Part shown: piece by piece, positions 59,029-64,000 of the stretch | How positions within the stretch are numbered: the stretch's first letter is position 1 | How the letters are laid out: each line of letters begins with the position of its first letter | DNA from: Burkholderiales bacterium | Lineage (GTDB): Bacteria; Pseudomonadota; Gammaproteobacteria; Burkholderiales; JAEUOS01 | Assembly (NCBI GenBank): GCA_016790695.1 | Contig: JAEUOS010000066.1 | Location: 23,446-87,445, forward strand | Direction of reading: 5' to 3' | DNA: 64,000 bases | Notes under the pieces: generated by a model | Seen by the model: only the letters and a program-made list of their open reading frames with translations | What the model was told of the DNA's origin: nothing | The model's database searches: none | Made by a program: the position numbers and the translations under genes

Positions 59029-59790
59029 TCAGGCCGGCGCCGCCGCGGGGGCAGGGCCGCGGGCCGCCCTGCGGTCGAGCAGGCGGCCGAAATTGTCCAG
59101 CGACAGCAGGTGCGCATAGATGCGCCCGAACAGGCCCTTGCGGACCAGCGTGCGCAACTGATCCGCGGTCAGGAATTCCAGGCGGGACTCGTTGACCCGG
59201 TGCATGCCGGTCAGGTTCATCGGCGCGCCCCCGGCGACCGTGGCCTGCATGGTGAACGGCTCGAACAGGCCGTAATCGGCCAGGATGCTGCACATCTCGC
59301 GGGTGCGGTCGAGGTCGGCCTCGTACTCGTTGAGAAGCTTCTGGATCTCGGTCCAGCGCGGCGTGGCCTGCGCCTTGTCGTCGAACATCGCCTCGCCCGC
59401 GTCGCCGGCGGCGACGAACGCCTTTTCCACGCAGATCAGGCGGTCCTGCTGCTCGACCGCGTCGAGCGTCACCCGCGCCATGCAGAACGGGTAGCGACGA
59501 ACGTACGCGGGAACGTAGACGCCGCCGGCCCAGCCGTCATCGTTCAGAAACAGGTTCTCGCCCGCGCCGATGCCCAGCACGGCGAGCGGCGCGTAGGTCT
59601 TTCCCTCGTCGCCCGAGGCGAAGACCAGCGGATAGTCGCGACCGGCAACGCCGAATTCCGCATAGCTCACCGGGATCGCGTTGAGCTGCCGCGTGAATGC
59701 CGGCAGTTCCGCTGCCGACGGCAGGCGGACCCGCTGGGTCTTGAGAAACGGCACGATCTCCCGATAGCCGAACGGCGGGTTGATTTCCAT
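59029..59790 (-). CDS. SapC family protein
   Basis: 253 aa. YPLVF...PLAVLG...YVPAYVRRYPF pattern is typical of SapC. Confidence 0.7.
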   Translation of the reverse strand: MEINPPFGYREIVPFLKTQRVRLPSAAELPAFTRQLNAIPVSYAEFGVAGRDYPLVFASGDEGKTYAPLAVLGIGAGENLFLNDDGWAGGVYVPAYVRRYPFCMARVTLDAVEQQDRLICVEKAFVAAGDAGEAMFDDKAQATPRWTEIQKLLNEYEADLDRTREMCSILADYGLFEPFTMQATVAGGAPMNLTGMHRVNESRLEFLTADQLRTLVRKGLFGRIYAHLLSLDNFGRLLDRRAARGPAPAAAPA

Positions 59791-59869
59791 CGCTGAACGT
59801 TCACGCGGACTCTAGAGGCGAAATCATAGCGCATCGCCGGGTCCGGACCGATGCATGGCGGCCGGCGCA

Positions 59870-60457
59870 TCAGGCCGACGCCGCCGCGCGCGGCTCGGGA
59901 TCGAAGCCGAGGCGCGGGCCCAGTTGCGCGCGCAGGATGCGCGCCAGCGGCAGGTGCCGCCCCTGCCATGCGAAGGCAAGGCCCGGTACCTCGCTGCCGT
60001 CGAGCCATGCCTCGACCGCCGCGTCGGTGGCCGGCGTTCCGCCGGCGTCGACCACGCAGGAGAGGAAAGCGGCGAGATCGCGGTCGTCGATCGCGCCCGG
60101 CCCGGGGTCGGCGAGCAGCACGACCGTGGCGTGCTCGTCGATCAGCACTCCGTGCACGCGCGCCGCGTCGGCGCCGGTCTGCGCGCGCGGCGGACTGCTG
60201 CCGTCGAAGCGATACACCAGGGGGGTGAGCGCCAGGCTTGCGTACACGCGCTGGGGCCCGTTCTGGAAGTACCAGCAGCCGCGGGCATCGGGCTGGTAGT
60301 TGCGCGCGATGAATGCGGCCAGCGCCGGATTGCCGATCGTCGCAAAGCCATCGCCCGCGCGCAGGCGGAAGCCGCCGCGCGCGTCGACGTGGAGCCAGCC
60401 GTAGACGTCCGGCACGCCCGGCCAGCGGGCCATTGCCGCGAGCACCTGGGGGTCCAT
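59870..60457 (-). CDS. Hypothetical protein
   Basis: 195-aa ORF (MDPQVLAAMARWPGVPDVYGWLHVDARGGFRL...) with coding-like composition, upstream of the phosphomannomutase gene. Family not recognised. Confidence 0.6.
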   Translation of the reverse strand: MDPQVLAAMARWPGVPDVYGWLHVDARGGFRLRAGDGFATIGNPALAAFIARNYQPDARGCWYFQNGPQRVYASLALTPLVYRFDGSSPPRAQTGADAARVHGVLIDEHATVVLLADPGPGAIDDRDLAAFLSCVVDAGGTPATDAAVEAWLDGSEVPGLAFAWQGRHLPLARILRAQLGPRLGFDPEPRAAASA

Positions 60458-60512
60458 GCGAATCGGCCTGCGCGATGGCGGATGCGCGGCGCCGGCCCCG
60501 GCGGCAGGCCGG

Positions 60513-61886
60513 TCAGAACGGCAGCGCGGCGTCCGGCTTGGCCGCGCGCAGCACGTCGCGGAACTGCGCCTGAATGCGGCGGATCGCCGCCTCGTCGTCG
60601 GCCTCGAAGCGCAGCACGACCAGCGGCGTGGTGTTCGATGCGCGCATCAGGCCGAAGCCATCGTCGTACTCGACCCGCAGGCCGTCGATGTCGATCACGT
60701 TGCGCGCCCCCGGAAAGCGGGCGTCGCGCTTGAGGCGATCGATGAGGGCGTAGTGCTCGCCCTCGGCGCAATGCAGGTGCAGTTCGGGCGTGGCGACGGC
60801 ATCCGGCAGGGCATTGAGCACCGCGGAAGGGTCGGCATGGCGCGCCAGGATCTCCAGCAGGCGTGCACCGACATAGAGGGCATCGTCGAAGCCGAACCAG
60901 CGATCCTTGAAGAACACGTGCCCGCTCATCTCCCCGGCCAGCGCGGCCCCGGTTTCCTTGAGCTTCGCCTTGATCAGCGAATGCCCGGTCTTCCACAGCA
61001 GGGGCTTGCCGCCGTGCCGGCTGATCCACGGCCCGAGATTGCGCGTGCTCTTGACGTCGTAGATGATGGTCGCCCCCGGGTTGCGGCTGAGGACATCGGC
61101 CGCGTAGAGCATCATCTGCCGGTCCGGATAGATGATCGCGCCGTCCTTGGTGACCACGCCGAGCCGGTCGCCGTCGCCGTCGAAGGCGAAACCGATCTCG
61201 GCATCGGTGCGCGCGAGCGCGGTCTTGAGATCCTCGAGGTTCTCCGGATGCGCCGGGTCCGGATGATGGTTGGGGAAGGTGCCGTCGACCTCGCAGAACA
61301 GTTCGGTGACGGTGCAGCCGAGGCGGCGGAACAGCGCCGGTGCGAACGCCCCGGCGACGCCGTTGCCGCAATCGATCGCGATGTGCATCGATCGCGCCGG
61401 ACGAATGTCGCCGGCGATGCGGGCGAGGTAGGCCTCGCGGACGTCGTGGGTGCGGTAGCTGCCGCTGCCGCTGGCCAGGTTGCCGGCCTCGATGCGCTCG
61501 CGCAGGGCGGCGATCGCCTCGCCGTGGAGGGTCTCGCCGCCGATCATCATCTTGAGCCCGTTGTAGTCGGGCGGATTGTGGCTGCCGGTCACCATCACGC
61601 CGGATCCGGTGCCGAGTTCGTAGGTCGCGAAATAGAGCATGCCGGTGGCGACCATGCCGATGTCGATGACGTCGATGCCGGCGGCCTGGATGCCGGCGGC
61701 GAGCGCGCGCGCCAGCTCGGGACCGGACAGCCGTCCGTCGCGGCCGATGACCACCGCGCGCACGCCGCGGCGGGCGGCTTCGCTGCCGATCGCGCGACCG
61801 ATGGCTTCGACGATGGGGACGGTGAGGGTCTTGCCGACGATGCCGCGGATGTCGTAGGCCTTGAAGATCTCGCGAGGCAGGTTCAT
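60513..61886 (-). CDS. Phosphomannomutase/phosphoglucomutase
   Basis: 457 aa. Active-site TGSHNPPDYNG, metal loop FDGDGDRLGVV, GEMSGH sugar-binding loop. Confidence 0.92.
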   Translation of the reverse strand: MNLPREIFKAYDIRGIVGKTLTVPIVEAIGRAIGSEAARRGVRAVVIGRDGRLSGPELARALAAGIQAAGIDVIDIGMVATGMLYFATYELGTGSGVMVTGSHNPPDYNGLKMMIGGETLHGEAIAALRERIEAGNLASGSGSYRTHDVREAYLARIAGDIRPARSMHIAIDCGNGVAGAFAPALFRRLGCTVTELFCEVDGTFPNHHPDPAHPENLEDLKTALARTDAEIGFAFDGDGDRLGVVTKDGAIIYPDRQMMLYAADVLSRNPGATIIYDVKSTRNLGPWISRHGGKPLLWKTGHSLIKAKLKETGAALAGEMSGHVFFKDRWFGFDDALYVGARLLEILARHADPSAVLNALPDAVATPELHLHCAEGEHYALIDRLKRDARFPGARNVIDIDGLRVEYDDGFGLMRASNTTPLVVLRFEADDEAAIRRIQAQFRDVLRAAKPDAALPF

Positions 61887-62941
61887 TGGTGACTTTCAAA
61901 GAAGGATAGAAGACGATCGGGCAGCCAGTCGATGGCCACGCCCAGCGGCGCCGGCCGGCCGAAGCCGACGTGACCGCCCTGTTCCGGCTGGTCGAGCGTG
62001 ACGCTCGGCGACACTGCGCCGGGCCCGGGCAGCGACGCCGCCGGAACGAACGGATCGTTGCGCGCGTTGAGCACGAGGGCGGGCACCTCGATGCCGCGCA
62101 ACCACGGCTGCGCGGACGCGCGTGCCCAGTAGTCGTCGGTGTCGCGAAAGCCGTGCAGCGGTGCGGTCACGATGTTGTCGAAGGCGTACAGGTCGCGGGC
62201 GCGGCGCATCGCCGTGCCGTCGAACAGCCCCGGAAAGCGTGCGAGCTTGGCCTCGCTCTTGGCCTTGAGCGTGCGCAGGAACATGCGCGTGTAGAGCCGG
62301 TTGAAGCCCCGGGCAAGCGCATGCCCGGAGGCGGCCAGGTCGAGCGGGGAGCAGACGGCGGCGACCGCGCGTGCGGTACGTGCGGCGCGCGCGCCGCGCT
62401 CGCCGGCCCACTTCATGAGCGCGTTGCCGCCCAGCGAGACGCCGGCGGCGAACAGGACGCCCGGGCGGCGTGCCGCCGCCGTCGCGAGAATCCAGTCGAT
62501 CTCGTCGCTGTCGCCCGAATGATAGGCGCGCGGCAGGCGGTTGATCTCGCCGGAGCAGCCGCGGAAATGCGGCACGCAGCCGTTCCAGCCGCGCGCCGCG
62601 ACCGCGCTCATGAGCGCGCAGCTGTAGGCGCTGCGCGACGACCCTTCGAGGCCGTGGAACAGCACCACGAGCGGGGCGCCGGGGATCCAGCGCGGCTGTC
62701 CGTCGGCATCGGCGATCCAGTCGACGTCGACGAAGTCGCCATCCTCGCGTCCCGCGCCGTCCCGGCTGGGCCAGCGCTCGCGCGCGTAGCCGACCGCCGG
62801 CCGCCTTCCGAGCAGCGCGGGCACGATGGTCTGCGCATGCCCGCCGGGAAGCCACGCGGGGGCGCGATAGGCGCGCAGCGGCGAGCGCGCGACGCCGGCG
62901 GCGCCGGGACGGGCCACCTCGGGGACACCAACGCCGGTCAC
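61883..62941 (-). CDS. Alpha/beta hydrolase, YheT-like
   Basis: C-terminal part of ORF 61883..63922. LVVLFHGLEGS, nucleophile elbow GVSLGGN. No ATG is available; GTG 62941 is proposed, so the start is uncertain. Stop overlaps the phosphomannomutase start. Confidence 0.7.
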   Translation of the reverse strand: MTGVGVPEVARPGAAGVARSPLRAYRAPAWLPGGHAQTIVPALLGRRPAVGYARERWPSRDGAGREDGDFVDVDWIADADGQPRWIPGAPLVVLFHGLEGSSRSAYSCALMSAVAARGWNGCVPHFRGCSGEINRLPRAYHSGDSDEIDWILATAAARRPGVLFAAGVSLGGNALMKWAGERGARAARTARAVAAVCSPLDLAASGHALARGFNRLYTRMFLRTLKAKSEAKLARFPGLFDGTAMRRARDLYAFDNIVTAPLHGFRDTDDYWARASAQPWLRGIEVPALVLNARNDPFVPAASLPGPGAVSPSVTLDQPEQGGHVGFGRPAPLGVAIDWLPDRLLSFFESHQ

Positions 62942-62952
62942 GGTGCGCAGGC

Positions 62953-63396
62953 TCAATGCAGGACCTTGGGGCGCGCGCCGGCGCTCCCCTTGTCGGCACC
63001 CTGCTCGACCTTCGGCGAGGTCGACGAATGATGGAGCAGGAGTTTCCAGCCGTTGCCGGAACGCACGTACACGTTGGTCGCCACCACCGGTGCGGCCGGA
63101 CGCGCTTCGCCCTTGATGCCGATGAACTCGTGGACGCAGTGGGTGGCCATCATCATCGACTGCATGGCCAGCACGTTGCCGATGCGCACCGACAATCTGG
63201 CGCCGCCCTGAAAGACGCGCCGCCACGCCTCGCGCACCGCCTCCAGGCCGACCAGACGCGGGCCGCCCGGGTGCACGCAGACGATCTCCTCGTCGTCGGC
63301 CCAGACCGCCATCATGGCGTCGAGGTCCGCCTTTTCCAGCGCTTCGTAGAACGCTGCCTCGCAATCCTGGGGGCTCAGGAAGATTCGTTGGGTCAT
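62953..63396 (-). CDS. SnoaL-like / NTF2-fold (DUF4440-like) protein
   Basis: Start chosen at MTQRIFLSPQDCEAAFYEAL (63396). Small alpha+beta pattern with WAD...HPGG...W is typical of NTF2-like proteins. Confidence 0.6.
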   Translation of the reverse strand: MTQRIFLSPQDCEAAFYEALEKADLDAMMAVWADDEEIVCVHPGGPRLVGLEAVREAWRRVFQGGARLSVRIGNVLAMQSMMMATHCVHEFIGIKGEARPAAPVVATNVYVRSGNGWKLLLHHSSTSPKVEQGADKGSAGARPKVLH

Positions 63397-63453
63397 CGTG
63401 CGGTGGCGGGCGGAACGGCAGGGGGATGGTACCAAACTGCCGATCGGCGGTAC

Positions 63454-64000
63454 CTATGCCGATCGCCCCAGGGCCAGCTCGGCGACCGCGGCAGGCGCGA
63501 TCTCGCGCAGGCAGCGCAGGTGGCCCAGCGGGCACTCGCGCGCGAAGCAGGGACTGCACGAGAGCTCCCTGTAGACGACCGTGGCGGCCTCGGACAGCGG
63601 CGGGGTGTGCGCGGGCGACGACGAGCCGAACAGCGCCACCTGCGGCCGCCCGAGCGCCGCGGCGACGTGCATCAGGCCGGAATCGTTGGTGACCACCACG
63701 GCACTGCCGGCGATGAGCAGGATCGCCTCGTCCAGGGAGGTCCGGCCCGCGAGATTGAGGGCGGCTCCGCTGGACAGCTGCTCGATCGACAGGCCGGCCG
63801 GAACGTCCTTCTGCGTGCCCAGAACGATCGGCGTCATGCCGGCGGCGGCCAGGCGCGATGCCAGTTCGGCGAAGTGCTCGGTCGGCCAGCGCTTGGCCGG
63901 GCCGTACTCGGCGCCGACGCACAGGGCGGCGATGCGCGCAGCGGGCTTGAGCCCCAGGGTCACCTTCGCGGCGATGGCGGCGAGCGGGTCAACCCGGAGC
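63454..64000 (-). CDS. waaF: ADP-heptose--LPS heptosyltransferase II (partial; N-terminus beyond the window)
   Basis: CVGAEYGPAKRWP, VVTNDSGLMHVAAALGRPQVALFGSSSP and CSPCF blocks. The frame stays open to position 64000. Confidence 0.85.
   Translation of the reverse strand, partial: LRVDPLAAIAAKVTLGLKPAARIAALCVGAEYGPAKRWPTEHFAELASRLAAAGMTPIVLGTQKDVPAGLSIEQLSSGAALNLAGRTSLDEAILLIAGSAVVVTNDSGLMHVAAALGRPQVALFGSSSPAHTPPLSEAATVVYRELSCSPCFARECPLGHLRCLREIAPAAVAELALGRSA

Overview
This is a very GC-rich chromosomal segment. It most likely comes from a Burkholderiales-type betaproteobacterium: it has two Bug/TctC binding proteins, a PEP-CTERM protein, and the glyQ-glyS-gmhB-plsC-ygjP-gloA gene order. 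I can support 63 protein-coding genes, the last one truncated by the window edge. They are packed tightly, and many neighbours share ATGA start/stop overlaps. I found no rRNA, tRNA, CRISPR array, transposase, integrase or prophage gene. The many very long Arg/Ala/Pro/Gly-rich ORFs in the six-frame track are high-GC shadows of real genes.

Main blocks:
- 71-2455: yidB-like gene and a ybhP-like/clsB pair.
- 2596-13936: an AmmeMemoRadiSam module with its Memo-like and AMMECR1 parts fused; a coupled operon of acyl-CoA synthetase, E1 alpha, E1 beta, E2, ACP and a phosphoribosyltransferase; alanine dehydrogenase; and a groEL paralogue with no groES. Two FNR/FixK-type boxes with the same promoter geometry suggest a low-oxygen island.
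- 13963-20698: gabD and an IclR-controlled acyl-CoA ligase / nitronate monooxygenase-like (NMO) / Bug operon.
- 20769-35878: housekeeping genes (rsmA, gloA, plsC, gmhB, glyQS, glpK, alaS), plus an orphan ParA-like ATPase.
- 36989-45360: the most unusual region. It holds a PEP-CTERM protein, a cNMP-binding Crp/Fnr regulator, and an operon of a class III cyclase-TPR protein, a soluble PAP2/haloperoxidase-fold protein with a (Gly-Ala-Ala)13 tract, and a large S8 subtilase with no signal peptide. A LuxR regulator and a minimal histidine kinase diverge from that operon.
- 45507-53947: a hydroxylase/aldolase catabolic cluster joined to a TRAP transporter that has an aldolase gene embedded in it.
- 53982-64000: assorted genes, including an M48-like protein with a degenerate zinc motif, a SapC/AhpD/response-regulator/hydrolase operon, phosphomannomutase and a partial waaF.

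The best candidate for an undescribed system is the cyclase / PAP2 / S8 array with its flanking regulators. All functional calls rest on motif recognition by eye. No database search was run.
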